The translations under genes and the position numbers were made by a program. Source: Octopus sinensis (taxonomy: Eukaryota). From it: 26,913 nucleotides of DNA. Position 1 is the first letter of the stretch; every line of letters begins with the position of its first letter. The stretch is taken from assembly GCF_006345805.1 (NCBI RefSeq), contig NW_021835631.1, forward strand, positions 1 through 26,913, written 5' to 3'. The notes under the pieces are model-generated. The model saw only the letters and a program-made list of their open reading frames with translations. It did no database searches and was not told the DNA's origin. Of this stretch, positions 11,499-22,791 are shown piece after piece.

Positions 11499-11534
11499 TG
11501 TCCGACGAACGGGAACGTGAAACTCAGAGTAACA
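11499..11534 (+). ncRNA. Minimal type I hammerhead ribozyme candidate (U4C core variant)
   Basis: TGT-CCGACGA-ACG-GGAA-CGT-GAAA-CTC-A-GAG-TA-ACA: stem I TGT/ACA, stem II with GNRA loop, quasi-palindromic stem III, GUA triplet ending at 11531. Confidence 0.6.
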
Positions 11535-11560
11535 GGTTTTGTTGAATTTTCTGCTGCTTA

Positions 11561-11630
<70 letters not shown>

Positions 11631-11634
<4 letters not shown>

Positions 11635-11783
11635 AAAGTTTACGAAAAAAACAAAAGACGAAGACAGGTGGTGTACAAAACAAACAGAAGTATTAGTATA
11701 ACGCTTAGGAATAGAAAAAGTATTTTATGTTTCGAGCCTACGCTCTTCTACAGAAAGGGACACAGAAAAAACAAGGAGAGAAA
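11631..11783 (-). mobile_element. Short repeat with hammerhead-like motif abutting (TA)n (Penelope pLTR/retrozyme-like)
   Basis: Reverse complement of 26443-26596; contains CTTT-CTGTAGA-A-GAGC-GTAG-GCTC-GAAA. Confidence 0.65.
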
Positions 11784-12779
11784 CATGACGAGCTTCTTTC
11801 AGTTTCCGTCTACCAAATCTATTCACAAGGCTTTGGTCGGCCCGAGGCTATAATAGAAGACACCTGGGGTGCCACGCAGTGGGACTGAAACCGGAACCAT
11901 GTGGTTGGGAAGCAAGCTTCTTACCACACAGTCTACACAACGCCTACACAACACACACACACCACACACACACACACACACACACGCACATATATATATG
12001 GCGACTAAAGGATTTAGGCTAACAGATAACAGCTGTGAGTCCAACATACCCAGGTAGGCTAAATGCTTACCTGGGTATTAAATGAGAAATTTCTTGCGTG
12101 CATAGACTCACATGCACATACACCCACACATATACACACACATTCAGAGACACGACAGAAGTAAACAGACACCCTAATAATCGTTGAAATTTATTTAAAT
12201 CTGAAATTATACATTCAAGTTATTTATTAATTATTATAATGTGAATATCTAAAATTTGGTAGACATGCCCTTCGCATTTTTCAATGCAAAGACCCTATTA
12301 TATAAATATAACTGCGTGTGTATCGTTGGTGATTTTCTTCCGGAGCCCGCATCGAACTGATTGGCCACAGCCGGACTCAGCGTGACCCATCTTATTCTCC
12401 CATGTGATGTCTTTGGTCATCGTCGACAACGACGGACGGACATTATCGTTATTATATATCTATGAATGAATTCATGAGTGAATATATGTATGTAAGTATG
12501 TATGTATGCATGTATGCATGTAAATGTGTGTATACAGGTACATATATACATACATATATACATAATACAGTAGTAGTAGTAGTAGCAGCAGCAGCAGTAT
12601 GGTGACATGCGCTGTAACAGCGCGTCGCCATATGTCAGTGATTCCCTAGACACCCCAGGCAACAATTCTCCAACCCATGTGTCATTTTGGATAGACGTTA
12701 CTAGTGAGGATTTTATGAGGCTGGAGTTCAAATCCTATCTTATCCCTTTAAATATATTTATTTATATTTAGGGCATTAC

Positions 12780-12802
12780 TATATAAATATATATATATAT
12801 CT

Positions 12803-12844
<42 letters not shown>

Positions 12845-12886
12845 TATATATTATTTATTTATTATATATATATATATATATATATA
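12780..12886. repeat. (TA)n-rich microsatellite
   Basis: Directly visible. Confidence 0.93.
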
Positions 12887-13635
12887 GAATTCCTCACGAT
12901 AGGTATAACTTCTTAAAGACAAACACTATAATAAATGTGTTTATTATGGTAGTTTTGACTACCATAATATATCTGCATGGGTAAGATATCTCTAAATACG
13001 AATTTAACAATCGGTAAATATAAAATAAAATTTGAATATTTATTTAAATAAATGACAGAATAACTATTGCCTAGTTATACAGTCTATGCGGAGAGCATCC
13101 GTCAGGCAGTTTGTAATATTTCAAGAAAATTTCAGTTTATGTTGTCAAATATATTTTTCAAAAGTGTGAATGTAGCTGATAAAACTATTATGAAAATCGA
13201 TATGAATCTTCTCAGTGATGCAACGATTAAGAAAACCGCTGCGTTATCTGTAGAGTTTGGCGTATTTTACAATAAGATAAAGTTTCTGGTGTTCCTATAT
13301 ATGAATTGTAATTACAATTGGATAACGTACAGAGATTCGTCTTTCAGGATTTGTAAAACCGTATGTTGATTATAATCTTATTATAACTGTACGTTGATCA
13401 TATCTCCGACGGGATTTTAACTCAAAATAATATTTACTTTAGAAACTGAATCATTAGATGTGCATGTTGTATTACAATGAAATGACAGAGTTCCTGTTGA
13501 AAAATCATTTATCCGTGATTTTCGGAAAACATTGATGTATTGAACAAAAGAAAGTCTTGGTGATACTTGTATGCATAATAAGACTAAATGGGACATTGTA
13601 CCATAACATTTTGGGCTTTTCTTTATTTCCATTTA

Positions 13636-13637
<2 letters not shown>

Positions 13638-13698
<61 letters not shown>

Positions 13699-13712
13699 CA
13701 TCATCATCATCA

Positions 13713-13788
<76 letters not shown>

Positions 13789-13804
13789 TATTATTATTAT
13801 TATT

Positions 13805-13870
<66 letters not shown>
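13638..13870. repeat. (ATT)n/(ATC)n/(GTT)n compound trinucleotide repeat
   Basis: Directly visible. Confidence 0.97.
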
Positions 13871-14352
13871 TTGTATGTAACTAATACCATCCTTAAGCCA
13901 CCCACTCATACTTAATGCTTCATTATAACAAGCAGCAATTTTGTTAAAGGAAGTTATATCAGATTATATACACTGTAAAAATGCACAATATTTGGAACCA
14001 AATTATTCGAAACTGCAAAAGGAAAATTAGAATCTATATTCATGTAGCGTAACTTATTGGGTTTCGTTAGTGGATAACATTTATTCAGCGGATGTTTATT
14101 TCGTATATAACTGTATTTACTTTAATATCTCTTATTGACCGGTGATCAGGGGAATAAAACCCAGAGGGAGATTTGTGAAGCTTCGGCTTCAAATAAAATA
14201 TCATATTAACTTCCTATTATTAATGAGCAAAGACATTTTTCCTATAGATTATTTGTATCGATGACCATTTCACTCCATTATCTGTATATGTGTGCATGTA
14301 TGTGTGTGTGTGTGTGTGTGTGAGTGAGAGAGAGAGAGAGAGGGAGAGAGAG

Positions 14353-14385
<33 letters not shown>

Positions 14386-14389
<4 letters not shown>

Positions 14390-15250
14390 AGTAGCACACA
14401 AACAGCAGATTTAGTTGGAATAATACTTAATGAGATTGACTCAACTCTGCAGTAATTAAGGTTTCGTGGATGTTGGACACGTCCACTTCATTTGATGTTC
14501 GGAGATTCTATCAAACTGCTATTACACAACCCACACTCCTACATCTCTCTCTCTGTCCATCTATCTATCTATTTATCTGTCTGTCTGTCAGACAAGGTAC
14601 ACATAATGGTCTTTACATATTCCTTTATTCTTGTAAATTGGACTTACAGCTGTTCCTGATAAGCATTATAGGTTCGTACATCGATCTGTTTACTCAGTCA
14701 GTCGGCTGAGAAGAATTGAACGACCCAAAAAATCTAATGCTAGCTTCGTCAGTGTCGGCGTCTTAAAATATAGCATTAACGTTTAGTTTGATTGCTAGAT
14801 ATTATGTGTGTGTTGTGTGTGTGTGTGTGTGTGCGAAGTAGCACACAAACAGCAGATTTAGTTGGAATAATACTTAATGAGATTGACTCAACTCTGCAGT
14901 AATTAAGGTTTCGTGATGTTGGACACGTCCACTTCATTTGATGTTCGGAGATTCTATCAAACTGCTATTACACAACCACACTCCTACATCTCTCTCTCTG
15001 TCCATCTATCTATCTATTTATCTGTCTGTCTGTCAGACAAGGTACACATAATGGTCTTTACATATTCCTTTATTCTTGTAAATTGGACTTACAGCTGTTC
15101 CTGATAAGCATTATAGGTTCGTACATCGATCTGTTTACTCAGTCAGTCGGCTGAGAAGAATTGAACGACCCAAAAAATCTAATGCTAGCTTCGTCAGTGT
15201 CGGCGTCTTAAAATATAGCATTAACGTTTAGTTTGATTGCTAGATATTAT
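14386..15250. repeat. Tandem duplication, period 445-447 bp, bounded by (GT)n
   Basis: 14386-14805 matches 14833-15250 except for two single-base homopolymer indels. Confidence 0.95.
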
Positions 15251-15810
15251 GTGTGTGTTTGTGTGTGTGTGTGCGTGTGTGTGTGTGCGTGTATGGGTGA
15301 GTGTGTGATCTTTGTGTATTTATGTGTGTATTTATGTGTGCTGCGGAACAAAGGGCAAGTTCCTGGTCAGCGTCTTGTTCCGCAACACACATTTGAAACA
15401 AATTCTTCAATTCACTTCCTTTGCACTATTAATGTATTTGTAGTCGGCCATGAATATCACACTTCTTACTTTTTCTCCCCTAAAATATAAGCATTTTTTG
15501 TGTCTTATCAAAAGAGATTGATATCATCTATAGCGTTGCAGCTATATATGTTTCCGGTTCCGGTGTGCCACAGATACAGTGTGATCACTATTTCCCGTTC
15601 ATTTTACTTACGTTGTTAATGTCGTTGAATGGCAGACATCTTCACTTTTCCTTACTTTGATTAGATTCATAAAAAATAAATCAATACTACTGGTAGAGTC
15701 CATATCCGTAAATGACCTATTTGAAAGGGTTTCAGCCCTGCACTTTAACTTAAGCAGATAATGGTCTCACCATTCAATAAATGTCCTAATATTATTTTAA
15801 GAAAATGAAA

Positions 15811-15918
15811 GATGGCGAGCTGGCAGAATCGTTCGTGCGACGGGAAAAATGCTTTACTGTATTACTTCCGGTTCCTCGTGTTCTGAATAAAAATCCTATT
15901 GATATCAACTTTGCCATT
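15811..15918 (+). mobile_element. SINE family A 5' fragment
   Basis: GGCGAGCTGGCAGAATCGTT...GAAAAATGCTT...GTTCTGA. Confidence 0.7.
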
Positions 15919-16258
15919 CAGTAGCAACATCAGCATTCGCTCCAAACGAGACGGCCACATTAGGTTGGGAAATAATCGTTACCTAAAAAGAACTGCTACA
16001 GAATATCTCTCGTTGAGAGATTTAGGAACGACAAGATTTCTATTAATAATTATTGTTGTTATTCACTTTCAATCTGCATGTTTGTTACAATCACTTGCCG
16101 AGACACACTCAGCTTCCTGGGCCGAGTGAAGGATAAGAACTGATACAGTTCGATAAAATAAAGTAATGGGTCGATGGTGTCGACAACTCTCCAAATGCTC
16201 AAAGTGGCTGGTCTTACAGGGAGCTGAAGGGCAGAACTTTGGCTTACAGGAAGCTGAG

Positions 16259-16435
16259 AGGCGGGACTTTGACAGAATCGTTGGAACCTCGAGAAACGAA
16301 AACACGCTGCGGCATTTATTCTGGTTCTTTATGGTTCATCCTTTCGGTGCCAATCAAATAAGGTACCAGTCAAGTACTGGGGTTAAAATCATCGACTAAT
16401 CCTCTCCACTTTGTGCCTAGATCAGAAACCGTTAT
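16259..16435 (+). mobile_element. SINE family A, internally deleted
   Basis: GACAGAATCGTT...TTCATCCTTTCGG...AAGGTACCAGTCAAGTACTGGGG...TTGTGCCTAG. Confidence 0.7.
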
Positions 16436-16677
16436 TTTTACAAAAATATCAAGTAGATTCAGTTTGCATAAAGTCTGTTTATTTCACCTCTTTTCTGCTG
16501 GTAATTTATAATGTTCCCATAACTTACAGTTCATAAATGCGTCAATACCAAGTGTGAGATGGTCTTGTCTAACATTTGGTAACCGTAATTTGTTCTATTC
16601 AGCTCGTGGGACAAGGAAATGAGGGAAAGACGGAAGAGGAGAGGGGAGAGTAAATCGCTTTGGAATATCGTCTTTTT

Positions 16678-16980
16678 CACTGGTAGATTCGACTGGTCCC
16701 CTACCCGAAAATTTCAGGCCTTGTGTCGATAATAGAAAGGATGTTGTTTAAGGATGTTGAACGAACCACCCATGTTTCCAGAGGTGAATTATCCAAACCC
16801 CAAAGAATCCTTCTCAACACATGGCTATGATGCTCCCCCACTACTTCTGCTCGTTATCAGAGATGCACATATCGTCAGCCCCTAAGGGACATGCTCAACT
16901 GGTTATGGTCAAACAACTGATAAGCAAATCTGTGGTATTGAGCAGAATATTTGCTGTAGCCCATCTTTTATACCAAGACA
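16678..16980 (+). mobile_element. SINE-A tail followed by a probable interspersed-repeat segment
   Basis: 16678-16740 matches the SINE-A short tail; 16750-16980 resembles a common octopus repeat from memory only. Confidence 0.4.
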
Positions 16981-16989
16981 TCATCATCA

Positions 16990-17070
<81 letters not shown>

Positions 17071-17310
17071 TATGTTTGACTTTTGCTTTACATTTGCACA
17101 AGCTGGCTCCAAGTCTCACCCAGAGACCTCAAGAGACAACAAGTTGGAAGTTCATGTTGGTGTTATGCCTAGGGTACCATATATTTGGTTTTGTACTTAG
17201 TGTTGTACTAGTGAATGCCTAAAAAACCATACGAAAATTATGTTTGTTTTAAAACTTGAGATTACAAAGAAAGTATTTTGCGTAGGCTATTATTATTATT
17301 ATTATTATTA

Positions 17311-17391
<81 letters not shown>

Positions 17392-17395
17392 TATT
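16980..17395. repeat. (ATT)n tracts at 16980-17069 and 17288-17395 flanking an insertion
   Basis: Directly visible. Confidence 0.95.
17070..17286 (-). mobile_element. 3' end of a Dong/R4-like non-LTR retrotransposon inserted in (TAA)n
   Basis: Minus strand reads LRKILSL-stop (17285-17262), like the ..HILRKxL C-terminus of Dong/R4 ORFs, then a ~190-nt UTR running into (TAA)n; (TAA)n on both sides. Confidence 0.6.
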
Positions 17396-18008
17396 CAGAG
17401 AGCGTAACTGAGTTTAATCATTCTATGTTACATGGTATTTTTTTTTTATAAATGGTGGAAAAACATAATGGATGCCAACACGATCGTCCTTTCTAATATT
17501 TAGCAGAAGCAACAGAGTAACTCAAACGCCGAGAGTTTCGCGCATTGGCACTTATCAAACTAGAGTTGTGGATTAATATAACTGGTGGTAATAACATTTC
17601 CCTGGATATTTCTGGAACAAATTAGAAACGAATTACAATGTCAGATGGATAATTTATATTTTTAAAACTGCTTCAGCATTATGTCTTTCAATATGCAAAT
17701 ATATAAATAAATAAAGGAAAATGTGTGCGTCTTTACACACACATAGAAGTGTCTGTTGGTGAAGATAGATACAGCACACATAAACACATACATGTACACA
17801 TATATACTCATTCTCGTACATGGATAATTAAGGGTATACATACACTCACACACATATATACGTACATACATACGAACAGATGTATCTGTATAGTGAAACA
17901 AGGGTATGTATACACAAAGGCGCATAAAGGTGTCTATACACACACACACACATATATACATACATATGCATTTATGCATATATATACACATATATAGATA
18001 TACATATA

Positions 18009-18049
<41 letters not shown>

Positions 18050-18343
18050 CGTACGTACGTAGGAACTAATATTTATATTGGTGTATGTGTGCGCGCCATG
18101 TGTGCGTGCGTGTATTTGTACATATAGATTTGTGCATGTATGCATGCGGACATACGCTCACAACACCACACACCACACACACCACAACCACACGCGCGCG
18201 CAGTTATATAATTTTTAGACCAAAAGCCGCCACAGCGATCAATTTAATCGAAAATTTATTTTTATTTGCCAAATCGTCGTATATATCATCTATACATACA
18301 CACATATATATGCATATGTAAATATACACATGTCTATGTATAA

Positions 18344-18452
<109 letters not shown>

Positions 18453-18747
18453 TAGCTGATTTCACCTTTTGCTTTGGAGTTCATCCAAAGGAAGGGCAGA
18501 GAGACAACGACAGATCAATAACAGATGCACAACAAAAAATCTGAAATGGGATTGTCTGAAGTGAACGGAGCACAGTAGAGTTGCGCAGTCGATGAAAGTT
18601 ATGAATTTATGACGCTTAACAAATATATAAATGCCGGAAATATACTGAATACATGGATAAATTTGAAACAGAACTGCGGACATTAAATTTTTTTTCTTAG
18701 ATATTCAGACTAATAACGCATGACAAGGAAGCATGTTTAACATAATA

Positions 18748-19083
18748 CCTTCTTTACTACTCTAGGCATAAGGCCCAACATTTTTGGGGACCGGGAACCT
18801 GTCCTTTAGATCGACCCAGTATGTAACTGGTACTTAATTTATCGACCCACAAAACGATGAAAGCAAAGTCGACCTCGGCGGAATTTGAACTCAGAACGCA
18901 AAGATAGACGAAATACCTATTTCTTTACTACCCACAAGGGGCTAAACACAGAGAGGACAAACAAGGACAGACAAATGGATTAAGTCGATTATATCAACTC
19001 CAGTGCGTAACTGGTACTTATTTAATCGACCCCGAAAGGATGAAAGGCAAAGTCAACCTCGGCGGAATTTGAACTCAGAACGT
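18748..19083 (-). mobile_element. SINE family A composite: long-tailed copy joined to a short-tailed copy
   Basis: GAATTTGAACTCAGAAC at 18881 and 19065; junction GACGAAATACC|TATTTCTTTACTAC near 18917. Confidence 0.88.
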
Positions 19084-19285
19084 GTTTTCCGTCATACAAG
19101 TCGAGGTTTGCGGACCAAAATTTACAGCCAAAATGTGAAGTCGGCTTATACACCAAAACAGCTCTGGAGGACCAAAAATTCTATGTGAAATGCAGCAAGA
19201 TTTGGAAATATAGTGACGCCACTTGAACATTTACTTTGCATGTTTACACCAGAGACTATGTCGACTTTTATGTTGGAAAATACTG
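19081..19285. mobile_element. ~205-bp MITE with ~24-bp imperfect TIRs (pogo/Tc2-like)
   Basis: CGTGTTTTCCGTCATACAAGTCGA (19081-19104) versus the reverse complement of 19261-19285, CAGTATTTTCCAACATAAAAGTCGA; internal GTCGGCTTATAC repeat. Confidence 0.6.
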
Positions 19286-19389
19286 GTTATCTAATTCATA
19301 ACAACGTCGCAATATTTCATTTATTGTCCCAAAAGCACTGGATTTTTCTTAACAAGCACTTTGAGGCACACACAAAAAGTTGATCTATA

Positions 19390-19597
19390 TTCTTTTCTAC
19401 TCGAGGCCCGAAACTTTGGAGAGGGGACCAGCCGATTACATCGACCCCAGTACGCAACTGGTACTTAATTTATCAATCCCGAAAGGATGAGAGGCAAAGT
19501 CGACCTCGGAGGAATTTGAACTCAGAACGTAACGGCAGACGAAACACCGCTAAGCATTTCGCCCGGCGTGCTAACGATTCTGCCAGCTTCTCCGCTT
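19390..19597 (-). mobile_element. SINE family A, full-length short-tailed copy
   Basis: Minus strand: A-box TGGCAGAATCG, B-box GAGTTCAAATTCC, central GTCGACTTTGCCTCTCATCCTTTCGG..AAGTACCAG (Meta-domain-like, from memory), tail GAGTAGAAAAGA. Confidence 0.9.
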
Positions 19598-19829
19598 TAA
19601 AAAGTTAAATATGTATGGCCACAAATTGGAGAGGAGTTGTTTGAACGTGTTTGACCTGCTGTCGTCACACAAAAACTAGAGATACCAGTCTTAAAGTTAT
19701 GTCTCATTAAAATCAGTGACTAGCGATTTAACAACGCTCGAATAAATAAGAGTAGAAGAATGACACCAGAGTTGAAACACAATCTACTGTCAAACGATAA
19801 CTTGCTCTGCTTTAGGCTCCAGCGTTGCC

Positions 19830-20020
19830 GGCGCTGAATTGGGTGAATCATTAATGCGTCGGAAAAAAACAAAAAAAACTGCGTGGTATTTATTCAAATC
19901 TTGCTGCGGTCAAATAGCTTCCATCCTTTCATTGTCAATAAAATAATGTACAAGTAAAGCACTGGCTTCAGTGGAATCAACTAATTTCTCCATCCTTCAA
20001 AATTGCCGGCCTTGTCCCTC
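19830..20020 (+). mobile_element. Old SINE family A copy
   Basis: ATTCAAATC...CCATCCTTTC...AAGCACTGG...AAAATTGCCGGCCTTGT. Confidence 0.6.
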
Positions 20021-20108
20021 AGTCAGACAAAATACTCTTCTGACTTCACATACCGCTTGCTTCGAACTTTAAATTTTGTCCCATCGATTTTGAGAAACTA
20101 TATATATA

Positions 20109-20340
20109 TATTTCTTTACTACCCGCAAGGGGCTAAACACAGAGGGGACAAACAAGGACAGACAGACGGATTAAGTCGATTACATCAACTCCAGTGCGTA
20201 ACTGGTACTTAATTTATCGACCCCGAAAGGATGAGAGGCAAAGTCGACCTCGGCAGAATTTGAACTCAGAACATAATGGCAGACGAAATACCGCTAAGCA
20301 TTTCGCCCGGCGTGCTAACGTTTCGGCCAACACGCCGCTT
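20109..20340 (-). mobile_element. SINE family A, full-length long-tailed copy ending in (TA)n
   Basis: Complete head and body plus tail GCCCCTTGCGGGTAGTAAAGAAATA followed by TATATA. Confidence 0.9.
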
Positions 20341-21163
20341 TATATTACGTTATTATTCCCCTCGCCTTCGCTAAGGCAGAGGTATAGTTTTTATTATTCA
20401 TTTTGTTCGTGTGTACAATGATGTGCGTATTCACCATTATTTTATTTATTTTATTCAATTTTAGAAAATTTGAAGCATGTCTTCGATAATTCAGGAGCGT
20501 ATTGAACACATTATGTGCGTGACTTTAGGCCCACCTTGTATGTTTGTCTTCATGTTCTTCTGCAGGGGCGGCTGGACTCAGTGTTCACAAGTATAGGTAG
20601 GCACGCCCTAATGAACCAATATCTACATGTTCATTGAATTTTGATGAAGAATCATTCATGGCTCAACGGAGAGGACAGCGACTGTAGCAACACATTCTGG
20701 AGTTCTGAGAGCAAGATAAAGCAAGCAAGATTTTCTGGTTCTCTATTCCATCCGTCTCCATCTCTAGTCGTCTTAACTTAGTCTTGCCACTGGATTGAAG
20801 TTGGTTACGGACGAGAGAATTAGGTTGACAATGTGTCACTCTTCTTCACATTAAACAAATTCACCACATGACGACATGGTTCTCGTGGCTTCGACAGACA
20901 AACACGATTTCTCTTCATATCTGGTGCAAATATGAACTTTTCCTTAAACACGTAATGACGTAATTTTTATGTTTGATACACTTAAGTAGAGTTAATAAAT
21001 ATTTACAAGTTTATATAAGTAATTAATTTGACTTCCGCTATAAAGTTAGATTATATAGATTAAAGCCGTTTCACAGTTTAGGCTATCTGATGTCATCCAC
21101 AGCTTTGATATGTCACTGGATTTCCCTCAGGAATTCTGTAGTGAGTTTATAATGAACGAAAGG

Positions 21164-21693
21164 AACGGAAAATGGAGTTCACTAGAATCTTTATTCTTCA
21201 TAATGATAGTTTCAACCCATCTTGCGTCGGTCCCTTGTGGGTGGAATACAGTACGACTGGTTGTGTTGCACCCTCCGGCGCAGATGCATCTCGTCTTGTT
21301 TTAAAGAAAATTCTCCGTTTCGCTTGGCGTGTTGTCGTCGCCAGAAGGTTGTTGGCTATAATGACACGGGATGGATACAATTTCTGGGTTATAACCGGTT
21401 AATGAGTCTGGCTATGAACTCTAGCCAGACCTATTAACTGATTGTAACCAGTAAATTGTATCTACCTTCTATCAGTATAGCCAACAACCTACTGCCGGCA
21501 ACAACCTGCCAAGCGAAACCGAGTATATTTAGCGAGGTAGCTTCTTTAAAACTAGACACCAGATGAGATGCATCTGCGCCGGAGGATGCAATACAACCAG
21601 TTGTACGGTATCCCACCCACAAGGGACCAATGCAAGATGGGTCGAAACGATCATTGTGAAGAATAAAGATTCTCGTGAACTCCGTTTTCCGTT
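21164..21693. repeat. Long imperfect inverted repeat (arms 251 and 272 bp, 7-nt spacer)
   Basis: 21164-21414 pairs with 21422-21693; centre GTCTGGCTA-TGAACTC-TAGCCAGAC; 7- and 14-bp indels plus scattered substitutions. Confidence 0.93.
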
Positions 21694-21824
21694 TTCAGAC
21701 TTCAGCCCCGGCATCCGAAACTCTGAGTTTTATTATGACAACCAACTAATTATGACATTTTATATTTATAGATAAATTCCTCTATGTACATAATATCAAG
21801 TTTTCATTCATTGTTTTGTTGTCA

Positions 21825-21855
<31 letters not shown>

Positions 21856-21858
21856 TTA

Positions 21859-21896
<38 letters not shown>

Positions 21897-21943
21897 TATA
21901 GATATATATATATATATATATATATGTAGATGTAGATGTAAAT

Positions 21944-22130
21944 GTTTGTGTGTGTGTCTGTTCCCCCACTGTCGTTTGACAACCGATGTTGGTGCGTTTA
22001 CGTTGACAGAATAAGTACTAGGCTTACGAAGAATAAGTCCTGGGGTAGATTTGTTCGACTAATGGCGGTGCTCCAGCGTGGCCGCTGTGAAATGACTGAA
22101 TCATGGAAAAGAATGAAAGAACAAAAGAAT
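21944..22130 (+). mobile_element. SINE family B 3' half
   Basis: TTGACAACCGATGTTGG...GAATAAGTCCTGGGG...GGCGGTGCTCCAGC...AATGACTGAA. Confidence 0.82.
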
Positions 22131-22492
22131 ATACATTACGTTTCCAACTCATTCAGAATGAAGTAAGTGGAATTTTAATTTTAGCGTTCATATTGTTTCT
22201 GTTGGCGGTGAATTTTAATCTGACAGCCACGCGATTTGATGAGCCAGAAGACCCTCCAAGCCGAACTAAATAGATACGTTAGACGGCGAAATTCACTTTA
22301 ACTGACTGACAAATGCACGCGTGCACGAACTTGAGAACTGACTGTTAGAGAATAAATTTAGATTTCTATTTTGATATTTTATGCAAGGCGAATGCATTTG
22401 TGGCATGAGCATCAGATCGCTCTCCCTTAATCTAGCTTTTAGTTTATCTAAGTGGCTATCTGTCTGCCCATCAGCACGTCCACCTTTCAGCA

Positions 22493-22790
<298 letters not shown>

Positions 22791-22791
22791 A

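Larger units (their letters stand above)
11222..11933 (-). mobile_element. SINE family B long form, split by insertions in its internal microsatellite
   Basis: 3' half 11222-11425 and 5' half 11785-11933 are reverse complements of the 7101-7485 copy; about 360 bp lie between them. Confidence 0.85.

Noticed and set aside
12357-12366. CTGATTGGCC reverse CCAAT box
   Set aside because: A single short motif with no linked gene start.
13067-13632. 100-aa ORF and possible 56-nt minus-strand exon (13438-13493, TLSFHCNTTCTSNDSVSK)
   Set aside because: Plausible splice sites, but a weak donor, no partner exons and no recognisable homology.
13505-13909. Poly-N/D/L/Y/I ORFs
   Set aside because: Trinucleotide repeat translations.
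21110-21775. Paired similar ORFs on opposite strands
   Set aside because: A by-product of the inverted repeat; the 7- and 14-bp indels shift frame.
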